A model generated the notes under the pieces. That model worked only from the letters and a program-made list of their open reading frames with translations, was not told where the DNA came from and made no database searches. DNA of 63,744 nucleotides, the filler included, from Octopus bimaculoides (taxonomy: Eukaryota): the NCBI RefSeq assembly GCF_001194135.2. It is 7 parts of 6 records of this genome, joined end to end, with 100 filler letters (N's around TTAATTAATTAA, not from the genome) between each part and the next. Parts side by side here need not be neighbours in the genome. Positions count along the whole stretch, not along the records: positions 1 to 13,443 come from NC_069006.1; 6 more parts are not named here. The stretch is one strand, 5' to 3'. Every line of letters starts with the position of its first letter. The first letter of the stretch is position 1. Positions 1-11,459 of this stretch are shown here, one piece after another. The position numbers and the translations under genes were made by a program.

Positions 1-39
<39 letters not shown>

Positions 40-70
40 ATTTGTATCTGTCTTTGTCTCTCTGTATATA

Positions 71-276
71 CTCTTTTATTCTCTTACTTGTTTCAGTCAT
101 TGAATGCGGCCATGCTGGAGCCCCGCCTTTAGTCGAACAAATCGACCCAGGACTTATTCATTGTAAGCCTAGTACGTATTCTATCGGACTCTTTTGCCGA
201 ATCGCCACGTTACGGGGACGTAAACACACGAACATTCCGTTGTCAAGTATGAGGGGGCGGGGAATAAACACAGACG
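71..276 (-). mobile_element. SINE family A (abundant tRNA-derived SINE), 3' half
   Basis: Reverse complement matches the tail of the full-length copies at 47382-47770 and 59043-59468 (…GTAACTTAGCGG…GGTCGATTTG…GCATGGCCGCAGTC…TGACTGAAACAAGTAA). Confidence 0.85.
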
Positions 277-369
277 TACAAATATATCTCGATCCAGTAA
301 CACGGTTTACAAACTCTATGCTTGGAATGACCAATTTTAAATACTATTGGAACTTACATACAAGGTACA

Positions 370-851
370 GGAAACTTTATCCCAAGTCATTATATCGGGT
401 CTGTTGTGCTTACATTCTATTGAGGTCTTCATTGGAACAGCCCACCAGTACTCATTTTTATTATCAGTGGCTATGGCTTCTATATGCATATCATTATTCA
501 TTTTGCTTCAAGATTTCTTGCCAATAGAGAAAGAACCGATTTCTAACCTAGAACCAAGAGTCCTTCATTGGAATTTCAACATCAACAACAGGGTATTTTT
601 GTATGTATGCATGTATGTTTCTCTTCTCTATCCCAAATCATTATATCAGGTCTGTTGTGCTTACATTTTATTGGGGTCTTCACTGGGACATTCCACCGGT
701 ACTCCTTTTTTTTATGAGTGGCTACGGCTTCTACCATATTGTGGGTTCTTATTTCTTCGTCCTCGGGATTATCCTTCCTATAAAATGTCCTAGCTACAAC
801 ATCATGTCTCATCGGTAAAAATACCGCGATGACATTTTCGGACAACTGCAT
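370..851 (-). mobile_element. Rearranged 3' fragments of an RLE-type LINE (endonuclease region plus 3' UTR)
   Basis: Minus frame reads HDVVAR…CKHNRPDIMIWDREEK, a PD-(D/E)xK-type motif, and it occurs twice (about 370-490 and 625-830). The 505-600 segment matches the 3' UTR at 11330-11440 and 60655-60770. Confidence 0.75.
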
Positions 852-915
852 ATGATGTGGGTTAGGGTTAGGGTGAACTCCACAAAGTCTCCATCGGGTG
901 TCACATTTTACGGCT
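812..915. mobile_element. Short MITE-like element with internal GGGTTAGGGTTAGGG
   Basis: Imperfect terminal inverted repeats (CGGTAAAAATACCGCGATGAC / CATCGGGTGTCACATTTTACGG) enclose telomere-like hexamers. Confidence 0.35.
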
Positions 916-1491
916 TTAACTGCATCTCTATCCCTTTTGNNNNNNNNNNNNNNNNNNNNNNNNNNNNNNNNNNNNNNNNNNNNNNNNNNNNNNNNNNNNN
1001 NNNNNNNNNNNNNNNNNNNNNNNNNNNNNNNNNNNNNNNNNNNNNNNNNNNNNNNNNNNNNNNNNNNNNNNNNNNNNNNNNNNNNNNNNNNNNNNNNNNN
1101 NNNNNNNNNNNNNNNNNNNNNNNNNNNNNNNNNNNNNNNNNNNNNNNNNNNNNNNNNNNNNNNNNNNNNNNNNNNNNNNNNNNNNNNNNNNNNNNNNNNN
1201 NNNNNNNNNNNNNNNNNNNNNNNNNNNNNNNNNNNNNNNNNNNNNNNNNNNNNNNNNNNNNNNNNNNNNNNNNNNNNNNNNNNNNNNNNNNNNNNNNNNN
1301 NNNNNNNNNNNNNNNNNNNNNNNNNNNNNNNNNNNNNNNNNNNNNNNNNNNNNNNNNNNNNNNNNNNNNNNNNNNNNNNNNNNNNNNNNNNNNNNNNNNN
1401 NNNNNNNNNNNNNNNNNNNNNNNNNNNNNNNNNNNNNNNNNNNNNNNNNNNNNNNNNNNNNNNNNNNNNNNNNNNNNNNNNNNNNNNNNNN

Positions 1492-1528
<37 letters not shown>

Positions 1529-1769
1529 ATCCGAAGCTTCCTGTCTTTACGAGAACGATGCTTTTTGCGAACTACATTTTTTGTTATCTATTGAAATAAC
1601 TCTCGCCTATGTAAGGGCTTTTCCCCAAATCCTCACGGCTTAGAGATTCTGATATTGTCAAATCCCGTTAGATTGGTGTAGATTTAGTAGTTATGGCGAT
1701 TATCCATCGAAACATAACTGTTCTCACTCTTTTCATGTTGTTATTGTTATTACGGTACTTTTAATCTTC

Positions 1770-2052
1770 TCTTTTATCTTTTACTTGTTTTAGTCATGGG
1801 ATTGCGACCATACTGGAGCACCGTCTTGAAGGGTTCAGCCGAACCAATTGATCCCCAGTACATGTTTCTTTCTTTTTTAAGTGTGGCACTTATCCAGTCG
1901 GTTTCTTTTTGTCGAGCCGCAAAATCTCGGGGACATAAACGAACCAACATCAGCTGTCAAGCGGTAGTGGTATACAAACGCAAACGCAAAGACGGACATA
2001 TGTATATATATATATATGTATGTGAATGTGTGCGGTTGTATGTATATGCATG

Positions 2053-2095
<43 letters not shown>

Positions 2096-2899
2096 ATACA
2101 AAGAATATATATACATGTATACACACATATATGTACATACTTACATCTACATGTGTATATACATGCATATCAGGGTACAGGACGTTAGAACAATAAACTA
2201 CNNNNNNNNNNNNNNNNNNNNNNNNNNNNNNNNNNNNNNNNNNNNNNNNNNNNNNNNNNNNNNNNNNNNNNNNNNNNNNNNNNNNNNNNNNNNNNNNNNN
2301 NNNNNNNNNNNNNNNNNNNNNNNNNNNNNNNNNNNNNNNNNNNNNNNNNNNNNNNNNNNNNNNNNNNNNNNNNNNNNNNNNNNNNNNNNNNNNNNNNNNN
2401 NNNNNNNNNNNNNNNNNNNNNNNNNNNNNNNNNNNNNNNNNNNNNNNNNNNNNNNNNNNNNNNNNNNNNNNNNNNNNNNNNNNNNNNNNNNNNNNNNNNN
2501 NNNNNNNNNNNNNNNNNNNNNNNNNNNNNNNNNNNNNNNNNNNNNNNNNNNNNNNNNNNNNNNNNNNNNNNNNNNNNNNNNNNNNNNNNNNNNNNNNNNN
2601 NNNNNNNNNNNNNNNNNNNNNNNNNNNNNNNNNNNNNNNNNNNNNNNNNNNNNNNNNNNNNNNNNNNNNNNNNNNNNNNNNNNNNNNNNNNNNNNNNNNN
2701 NNNNNNNNNNNNNNNNNNNNNNNNNNNNNNNNNNNNNNNNNNNNNNNNNNNNNNNNNNNNNNNNNNNNNNNNNNNNNNNNNNNNNNNNNNNNNNNNNNNN
2801 NNNNNNNNNNNNNNNNNNNNNNNNNNNNNNNNNNNNNNNNNNNNNNNNNNNNNNNNNNNNNNNNNNNNNNNNNNNNNNNNNNNNNNNNNNNNNNNNNNN

Positions 2900-2937
<38 letters not shown>

Positions 2938-3070
2938 GTTTCTTTTAGTTTCCTTCTACCAAATCCACTCACAAGGCTTTGGTGAGCCCGGAGCTATAGT
3001 TGAAGACTCTCACCCGAAGTGCCACGTTGTGGAAATTAACCCGGAAACGTGTAACTACCACATAGCTCCC
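1770..3070 (-). mobile_element. SINE family A copy split by its internal microsatellite and an assembly gap (tail 1770-1990, head 2935-3070)
   Basis: Both halves match family A on the minus strand in the expected order. An unrelated repeat fragment (2115-2201) and Ns lie between them. Confidence 0.65.
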
Positions 3071-3130
3071 TATAAATTTGATATTCTTTCAATATTTATC
3101 AAGTGTGTTCATTAATTCTTTATCTGTCAT

Positions 3131-3251
3131 CAAACTCGACGAGAAACCTGCTGGATATCCGGTTAGATTTACAAGGAGTGTCTTCGAGGAGCTTCCATCT
3201 GGATGCACTCATCTTAATAATATTTAGGAAAAATTGCCTCCGTCGAGTTTG
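3131..3251. mobile_element. Small MITE-like element with 11-bp perfect TIR
   Basis: CAAACTCGACG at 3131-3141 and CGTCGAGTTTG at 3241-3251. Confidence 0.4.
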
Positions 3252-3495
3252 TTCGTAATATTGGTTTCTAACAGTATTGATTATCTGTCAGTGATATTCC
3301 TTGCTTAAGAACAACACCAACGATCTACAAACAGCAAAACATATATATTATGCTTGCAAAAGGAGAAAAACCTGTTATATGTTCCCGACATGATTTGAAA
3401 ATATATTTATCGAAAAATGGGGTACGTTTTGAGCGTGGAAACATATTTAGTTTTGCTGAAAGAAAACTAAAAGAATAAACATTACTTCATACACG

Positions 3496-3532
<37 letters not shown>

Positions 3533-3539
3533 ACACGAT

Positions 3540-3722
3540 GCGCATCTTTCAGTTTCCGTGCNNNNNNNNNNTTCCGTGCCTACCAAATCCACTCAAAAGT
3601 CTTTAGTTCGCCTGAAGCTTCAGTAGAAAACTCTTGCTTAGCGTGCCATGCAGTAGGACTGAACCCAGAACCATGTGGTTGGGAATCAAACTTCTTACCA
3701 CATAACCACCCCTGTGTCTCAT
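3540..3722 (-). mobile_element. SINE family A 5' half
   Basis: Reverse complement contains GGTTATGTGGTAAGAAGTTTGATTCCCAACCACATGGTTCTGGGTTCAGTCC, like the head at 59043. Confidence 0.8.
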
Positions 3723-3814
3723 ATTTTTCGAAAATTCTCGGGACATATGTGTATATGTTGTGTTGGAGTGCCTTGAGTTGTACATGTATGTTTGAATGTG
3801 TGTACGTGTTTTTA

Positions 3815-4025
3815 TGTTTGCGCATGCGCGTTTCTCTTTGTCTCCCACCACAGCCTGACAACCGGTGTCGGTTTGTTTTCGTTCACGTTACTTCGCAGTT
3901 TGGTAAATAAAGAGAACAATAGATTAAGCACCAGGCTTAGAAAAGAAAATCAGTACTAGGCTCAATTTGTTCGATTAAACCTTTCAAAAGCGGTGCCCCA
4001 GCATGGTCGCAGTCCAATGACTGTA
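3815..4025 (+). mobile_element. SINE family A 3' half
   Basis: GACAACCGGTGTCGG…AAGCACCAGGCTT…GCGGTGCCCCAGCATGGTCGCAGTCCAATGACTG. Confidence 0.8.
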
Positions 4026-4614
4026 GCAAGCAGAAGATAAAAGTAAATACTGGAGCGCCATAGTTATGACCTGTTACGAAACTACTGTCTATAGCTATGG
4101 TAATGCTCTCCCATACATTTATGTAATCGAAACTAATTTTTTGTTTTAATTAACTAACTACACCGAAATTGCACAATCCCCCATGGCCCAAAATATAATT
4201 AACCTACACTAATCTGCCTTAACTAATCTCTAACCAATTCCTTCTTTTAGCTACATACGTAAATATCTAACATGGTATGATCTCTCTTCAAGCTTTACCT
4301 TATCCTCTCTGCTTATCATTTCCCTGCAATTTCACTATATAACATTTAGCACGCACATACACAAACGCACGCACATACACATCAGTGCAATACCCTTGTT
4401 GAATTAATACAATATCTCTTTCCTATATTAACATTTAATCCCATAAATATGCACATGTATTTAATTTAAATATCCCACTTGATTAATTTTCACTTCCCAC
4501 TCACCATTAATTGCTTATTAATATTTTAAACTCACAGCTCATTTTACAAACACATTTTTCCCCCTTTACCCAGATATAACAAACTAACCATTCTACCTTT
4601 CTGAATTTTTTTAC

Positions 4615-4850
4615 TTCAGTTTATCTTTCCTCGTTCATCTTTTACTTGTTTCAGTCATTAGATTGTGGCCATGCTGGGGCACCACCTTCAAGAATTTTTT
4701 GTCTTTTAGCCGAATGAATCGACCCCTGTATTTATTTTTCTTTTAAGCCTGGTACTTATTCTTATCAGTTGTCTTTTGCCGAACTGCTAAGTTACGGGAA
4801 CGTGTAAACACACCAACACAGGATGTCAAGCGCTGGTGAGCGACGAACAC
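4615..4850 (-). mobile_element. SINE family A 3' half
   Basis: TTTTACTTGTTTCAGTCATTAGATTGTGGCCATGCTGGGGCACC…GCTAAGTTACGGG, the reverse complement of the family tail. Confidence 0.8.
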
Positions 4851-6255
4851 CCCCCTCCCATATATATATATATATATATACACATATAATAATCAGTAAG
4901 GTATTTCTCCAAACGTTTACCGGTTTGCTGACAGGNNNNNNNNNNNNNNNNNNNNNNNNNNNNNNNNNNNNNNNNNNNNNNNNNNNNNNNNNNNNNNNNN
5001 NNNNNNNNNNNNNNNNNNNNNNNNNNNNNNNNNNNNNNNNNNNNNNNNNNNNNNNNNNNNNNNNNNNNNNNNNNNNNNNNNNNNNNNNNNNNNNNNNNNN
5101 NNNNNNNNNNNNNNNNNNNNNNNNNNNNNNNNNNNNNNNNNNNNNNNNNNNNNNNNNNNNNNNNNNNNNNNNNNNNNNNNNNNNNNNNNNNNNNNNNNNN
5201 NNNNNNNNNNNNNNNNNNNNNNNNNNNNNNNNNNNNNNNNNNNNNNNNNNNNNNNNNNNNNNNNNNNNNNNNNNNNNNNNNNNATAAATTATTCATTTTT
5301 CTAAAACCAGCATTCTCCATTTCAATTTACATACATTTACAATACAATTTAATTTTACTTTAACTTAAAATTCTATGACTTGTTAATTCTAAAGCACATT
5401 TTGCTGTCACTTTATTTTTGCTTTTTTTAAAGTTTCTTCATTAATCTATTATTTATCTTTTATAAATGTATTTACGCGGATATGTTTACAATAACAAAAT
5501 CTTAATAATACCTAAAAGTAATTTATCTCCCTTCATATGAACTCTTTATGCAAAAACAATTCAGCAATTTCTTTTAGTTGTTTTGGTGAACATCGATAAA
5601 ACACGAAGATTTATTTTCATTTCTGTTATTTGACAAACAGACACTTTGTATCGTTTTCCACTATACATTTGTATTCTCCATCTTCTTTCGTGTTTACTCT
5701 TTTCCTCTCGCCCACTCAATTTTTTTCTCCCCCCTTTATTTTCCATCTCTCTCTTTTTTTGTTTGTTTTCATTTTCTATTTCTCTAAAAAGACTAAAAAA
5801 GTTATCGCAAACTTACTCCCTGTCAACTGTTCAAATGCCTGACAAAATGCTTTGCTTATGCAATTCATATACAATACATAGTTTATCTATTTTATTCCAT
5901 CGCTACACTCTTAACCACTCTCACCTATACTACCCAGTCACTAAACGTCTTCATTTTAGAAAAAATAATTCGACTGTTACATAATCAGTTAGCTTGCCTT
6001 ATTAGTAAAACTTAATATAATTTAATTCCGTTCTAACGTCAAGTCAATTTCCATAAATCTGTCTTCTTAAAAATAGATAACGCATCGGAAAGATAATTTA
6101 TAACTTGATGAAATCTACGGATTAAATCATTACCGCAGAGAGTTACAAAATAACTCCTATACATACACACATACATACATACAAAAACAAATACACACAC
6201 ACACACATATATATATATATAAACATACTCCCTCACATACAGATAGATATATATA

Positions 6256-6645
6256 GGCGTGGCGGTGTAGTAGGAAGTTTGCTTCCCGACTACATGGTTC
6301 CGGGTTTAGTGTCACTGCGTGGCACCATTGGGCAAGTGTCTTCTACTATAGCTTTGGGCCAACCAAGTCCTTGTAAGTGAATCTGGTAGACGGAAACTGA
6401 AAGACGCCCGTCGTATATATGTGTATATATCTCTGTGTGTGTCTGTGTTTGTCCTTCTACCACCACTTGACAACCGGCGGTGGTGTGTTTACGTCATCGT
6501 AACTTTGCGGTTCAGCAAAAAGTAACTGGTAGAATAAGTACTAGGCTTTTAAGAAGTAAGTACTGGGCTTGATACATTCGACTAAAAATTCTTCAAGGCG
6601 GTTCTCCAGCATGGCCAAAGTCTTATGATTGAAACAAGTAAAAGA
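6256..6645 (+). mobile_element. SINE family A, near full length
   Basis: tRNA-like head with B-box-like GGTTCCGGGTT, CORE-like GGGCAAGTGTCTTCTACTATAGC, internal (TA)/(TG) tract and the family tail. Confidence 0.88.
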
Positions 6646-6667
6646 GATATATGTGTGTGCGCGCATG

Positions 6668-6822
6668 CGCGCAGGCTTGGCTGTATGGTACAAAGTTTGT
6701 TACCCAACCAAATGGTTCTGGGTTCAATCCTATTGCGTGACATTTTGCGCAAGTGTCTTTAACTATAGCCTCAAGCCGACCAAAGCCCTGTGCGTGGATT
6801 AGGCAGACGGAAACTGAAAGTA
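6668..6822 (+). mobile_element. SINE family A 5' half
   Basis: GCAGGCTTGGCTGTATGG…GGTTCTGGGTTCAATCC…GGAAACTGAAAG. Confidence 0.8.
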
Positions 6823-6950
6823 AAACAGGAATGAAAGGAGCCCATGGGTAAGAAATAGTTGAGAACCACTAAGATAGAAGGAAACTTCTTTTTCGACCAG
6901 CAAATAATCAAAGAAGAAAGAAAGAAATCTTTCAAAAATGATAGTCCTTA

Positions 6951-7650
6951 TTGGGTTGTCCAAAAGGTCCGTTCGGTTTTGTCGAACTAAATTTTAAGCA
7001 ATCTAATGAAAAGTTAACCTCATTCTGTCCTTTGCGCATGCGCGTTCGTTCGATACTTGACACTTCAACGTGGTTCGACGCGAACTTACGATGAGACAAG
7101 GTGAATTTTGTGTGCTTGTAATCATCCTGAAAATGGAAAACCAAAACGAACGTTATCGACACTTCATGCTTTTACCTTTTAAAAAAAGTCAAGAAAGCAG
7201 CGGAATTTTAACTTGTTTCTCTTCCCATGAACAGGACCGTCAATTGGATGAATCTGTGACCAGCTAGACAAATCAACCGATTTATTATATCCATCTTGCC
7301 AGTGCCAGACTGCACACACTTTTGCAGACGTTGCTGAGTTGGGCTGGGAAGTTTTGCCAAATTTTCCATGTTCACCCGACCTTGTGTCTCCAGACTTCCG
7401 CCAGTTTCGATCTCTTTAAAATTCATTGAATGGACAGACCTTCAACTCTGAAGAGTATGTAAACATTCACCTGGAAGAGGTTTTCGCCAGTAATGACAGG
7501 AAATTCTTTGAGCAGAGAATAATGTCAACGTGATGCCAGAAGATACTGGAACGGAACAGCAATTATATCACTGATTGAATAAATCGCCTTGTCTTTAAAA
7601 CTTGTTTTATTTTCGCTTAGATAGAGGAACGAACTTCTAGGGCAACCTAA
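6951..7650 (+). mobile_element. Internally deleted mariner transposon with both TIRs and TA flanks
   Basis: Left TIR TA|TTGGGTTGTCCAAAAGGTCCGTTCGG and right TIR GAACGAACTTCTAGGGCAACCTAA|TA. The N-terminus MENQNERYRHFMLL is joined to the C-terminal LGWEVLPNFPCSPDLVSPDFRQFRSL…NSNYITD* (degenerate YSPDL motif). Confidence 0.85.
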
Positions 7651-8067
7651 TACTTCTGAGATGTTTGTGTAGGACAAGGGAGTGAGAAAGCGATAGAGGG
7701 AGAAAGAGGGATACGGAGAGAGAGAAAGAGAAAGGCGGGGAAAAGTAGGGTCAAGAGAGAGAAAGGAGTAAAAGGAGTGGTAGACGGGCAATTAGGGGAG
7801 ATGATGGTAGTGGTGATCGAGAAAATGGCAGCTTTGAATGCTAGATGTCGTTGAGAAACTACTCAAGGTTCGTTAATTATTGTAATCAAACATGATCTTA
7901 ACTAGAAAGAAATAATTATAAGTTAATTGGGATTATTGGAGTTATTAGTACAAAGGGTGTGAGAAGTTTCGTTAAAGTTAGACATAAGTGGGATAAAGAG
8001 TTTGACTGGAGTTAAACGACGGGGATGATGGGAGGGGGCTGTGTAAATTGGATTTGAACAAAAGCGG

Positions 8068-8235
8068 GCGCAGGAGTGGCTGTGTGGTGAGAAGCTTGCT
8101 TCCCAACCATATGGTTCCGGGTTCAGCCTCTCTGCGTGGCACCTCGAGCAAGTGTCTTCTACTATAGCCTCAGGCCGACCAAAGTCTCTTGTGAGTGGGT
8201 TTGGCTGATGGAAACTGAAAGAAGTTCATCGTATA
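8068..8235 (+). mobile_element. SINE family A 5' half
   Basis: GCAGGAGTGGCTGTGTGGTGAGAAGCTTGCTTCCCAACCATATGGTTCCGGGTTCAG…GGAAACTGAAAGAAG. Confidence 0.88.
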
Positions 8236-8453
8236 TATCTAAATAAATGGAAGTAGAGCGACAAGTTACTGAAGAGATTGCAAGAGTGCAATGAAATGAT
8301 TTAACAAAAAAACTAAATACTGTTTATAAATTAATAAAGGACTGAACCAGTGCGTGTGTTTATTACCGGCATAATGCCTCTCCCAAGGTTTAATTGTATT
8401 TCTTTCAACACACGTATCCACATCAAGAATCTTGCACACGAAATACACATACG

Positions 8454-8491
<38 letters not shown>

Positions 8492-9929
8492 GTGTGTGTG
8501 TGTTTGTGTAAATTTAAGTCACAATATATGGATTCAACTAATCCGATGGTGCTCATAAAAAAGCTCCTTAACGTATCATTCTCCAAATCACATACAATAT
8601 ATAGTATAATACAAGTGACAACCATAAGGAGCATATAAAGTTATAAATAACGAGTGAAAATAGTATGATAAAATTTATTTAACCATTGGAAATTCTTATA
8701 TCACAACAATTGTTTCGCAACTTAAAACATGCATAAAGTATTTATTTTATTGTATTTTATAATAAGTAAATTAATTTCATGTCCGCATTAATATAAACAC
8801 TCTTTAAATTAATGCAGATATTAAGCTAGCTCATCGGATGAGAGAAAAAAAATCCATGTTAAACAATAATCCCTCGACATAACGTTATTTGCATATAAGG
8901 GCTCATATGCCTATGTATGTGAAGAGTGGATCCAGCGGTTTCCACGCAAGAATCCTTCAAGGTTCATCGGAGGTGGAGACGTTTGCAGCAATGCATTGTG
9001 GTGTGCAGAGAGCCGGATGAGGCAAGCAAGACAACTTGGTCATCCACTGCGTCTGTCTCCATGCTCAGTCGTTTTGACGTGGTCTTGCTAGATTGAAGAT
9101 GGTTACGGATGAGAAAGTGAGGTTGACAGTACGCAACTCATCTTCACTCTAAACAAAGTCAGAGCAGAAGTTATCAGCCATTTTTAAGGATGACTAGAAG
9201 ATCCCCGTCACTTCGATGGCCGAGCGTGCGCTATGCACGCGCACTCACAAACGTATACACACGCACAAACGTATACACACAAATTCACATACACACGTAT
9301 TCGCATACACACACGTGTGCGTATTTGTGAAAGACAAAGAAAGAGAGAATAATTTGTGAAAATCTTCGAATGCTGTACATCATTATAATTCTTCTAAGCC
9401 TTATTTTTATATGGAGAGTTCTATTGTGAAAAATCGTATCCTTCACATGCAACCATACGGTTATCTATTATTACACCAAATTGATATTTGTAGCAAAATA
9501 CCATAATTATATATGAATTTCTCATCTATCCACAGGTTATATATTTTCACAGCATGGCTATATGTATAGTTATTTAAGACATGGTACATGATTTTCATAT
9601 AAACATATATTGACTATAAACCATGCTGTGCTGGTAATTTCTGTTATTAAATTGTGGCCTGTAACTTAGTATCCAATATGTAAATATTTGCCCGATTACG
9701 AGCACTTTCTGTACTAAAGTTTTGCAGAAGAACATATATTTTCCTTCACTTTGGTAGTTGATAATTGAACTTACTATTTGTGAGGAGTTTTATTTAATAT
9801 GAAACTAACAAGAGCTTATATTGCTTCTGTAGTGTAACATATTCGAAACCAAATCGCTGAATAGTTGAGTAAGCGTCAAGCTTTAATCACAGTCATTTCA
9901 CATGGTCGGCCGATTAAATGACCAAGCAG

Positions 9930-10290
9930 CACCGAGCCATTACTTGATTCGACTTCCTATAACCTTCTAATGAGGCTTATAAGAGTGTGAATTTTTAGTG
10001 CCATACTTCAGAATGTCAAAGCTATAGCGGTGACAATTCCATCCCCATTCTCATTTCAATCTCAAGCCGGTTCTAGATACAGAATTCCGAGGCAGGGGTT
10101 TTAACAACTTCATACTCATGTTTCCATTCTCCAACCATACAGCTTGAAGGTACAGATTTGCCGTCACGAGTGTAGTACAATATTTCTCCAGTTGTGATGG
10201 CCTAGTCAAACAGATCTATACGCACCAAGTATTTTGTCATGGAGCCCAGAGTCTTGTCTGTCCTAGTGTGTATAAATCTTTGTTTTTACT
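9930..10290 (-). pseudogene. Possible degenerate protein-primed DNA polymerase B fragment (Polinton/Maverick-like)
   Basis: Frame-shifted minus-strand pieces GQTRLW, ILYYTRDGKSVPSSCMVGEWKHE and GTKNSHSYK resemble, in order, Polinton PolB segments as recalled. The catalytic DTDS motif is not intact. Confidence 0.3.
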
Positions 10291-10706
10291 CTTCATCCGA
10301 AGACCAACCCGGCAGACACAATGCTCAGTAAATAAATCTCCTGTTAATTGTTTGTATTTTACACGCAGCCAACAACCAAAGACAACCATCATAGAAGAAT
10401 ACCTCGCATACAACAGTTGTTTAACTAAGTGTTATATCTTCACAGCAGAAGATTAATTATGTTTGAAAAACATGATGTATATTGTTTTCATACATACATA
10501 CATACATACATGCATACATATACTCATAGTTAGATATACATACATACACGTACACACATACATATATATGCACACATACAAATATAGAAACATACATGGG
10601 TACATATACATATACATGCACACATACATACACAGTCACACATACGTAAAATGTACATATATCATAAGTACCTATATATATATACCTACTCGCATATATA
10701 CACGCG

Positions 10707-10806
<100 letters not shown>

Positions 10807-10900
10807 CATACAGTTCAAATTTACAGAAAACAAAAGCTGAAGTCAGGTGAAGGAACAAGAAGCAGGTGTATTAGTTTGGCGCTCAGGAACAATTGAAAAA

Positions 10901-10940
10901 TCTTTGACGTTTCAAGTCTACACTCTTCGACGAGATTCTT
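10901..10940 (-). ncRNA. Degenerate copy of the hammerhead-like Penelope terminal motif seen at 40116-40152
   Basis: Minus strand reads …CGTCGA AGAGT GTAG ACTT GAAACGTC AAAGA. Confidence 0.4.
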
Positions 10941-11050
10941 TCAGTTTCAGTCTGCGAAGTCCACTTACAAGGCATTGGTCGCCTGAGGTTTTAATAGAAG
11001 ACACTTGCCCGAGGTGCTACGAAGAGGGACTGAATCTGGAATTACGTGGT
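10941..11050 (-). mobile_element. SINE family A 5' half (partial)
   Basis: TTCAGTTTC…ACAAGGCATTGGTCGCCTGAGG…AGAAGACACTTGCCCGAGGTGC…GTGGTTGGTAAGCAA. Confidence 0.75.
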
Positions 11051-11054
11051 TGGT

Positions 11055-11459
11055 AAGCAAAAGAAAATACCTACGTTGAACTATTGAGAAATCTAGTTAC
11101 TCTACCCAGATTACAAGTTCAGGTTTATACCTGTAATTATTGGCGTACTGTGATATGTAACACACTGCTGATCCAGCGAGTATAGATTGAAGCCATCACT
11201 GGAATTGTAAAATTCTGTAAAACTTTTCAGAAGTTTGCCATTTAAGTATATATGCGCACATCTAGACATGCAACTGTATAAATCTGCACATGCACTGATT
11301 CCAAATACTGCACATATACACACATATATACCCTGTTGATGTTGTTGTAATTCCAACGAGGGAGCCTTGGATTTAGGTTAGAAATCAGTTCTTTCTTTAT
11401 TGGCAAGAAATCTTGAAATATAACTGCATAATGACATACATACATACATACATACATAG
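11055..11459 (+). mobile_element. 3' end of an RLE-type LINE with (CATA)n tail
   Basis: Translates KENTYVELLRNL…YPDYKFRFIPVIIGVL, the RLE C-terminal pattern. The 3' UTR ends AATGA(CATA)n and is shared with 505-600 and 60655-60950. Confidence 0.75.
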
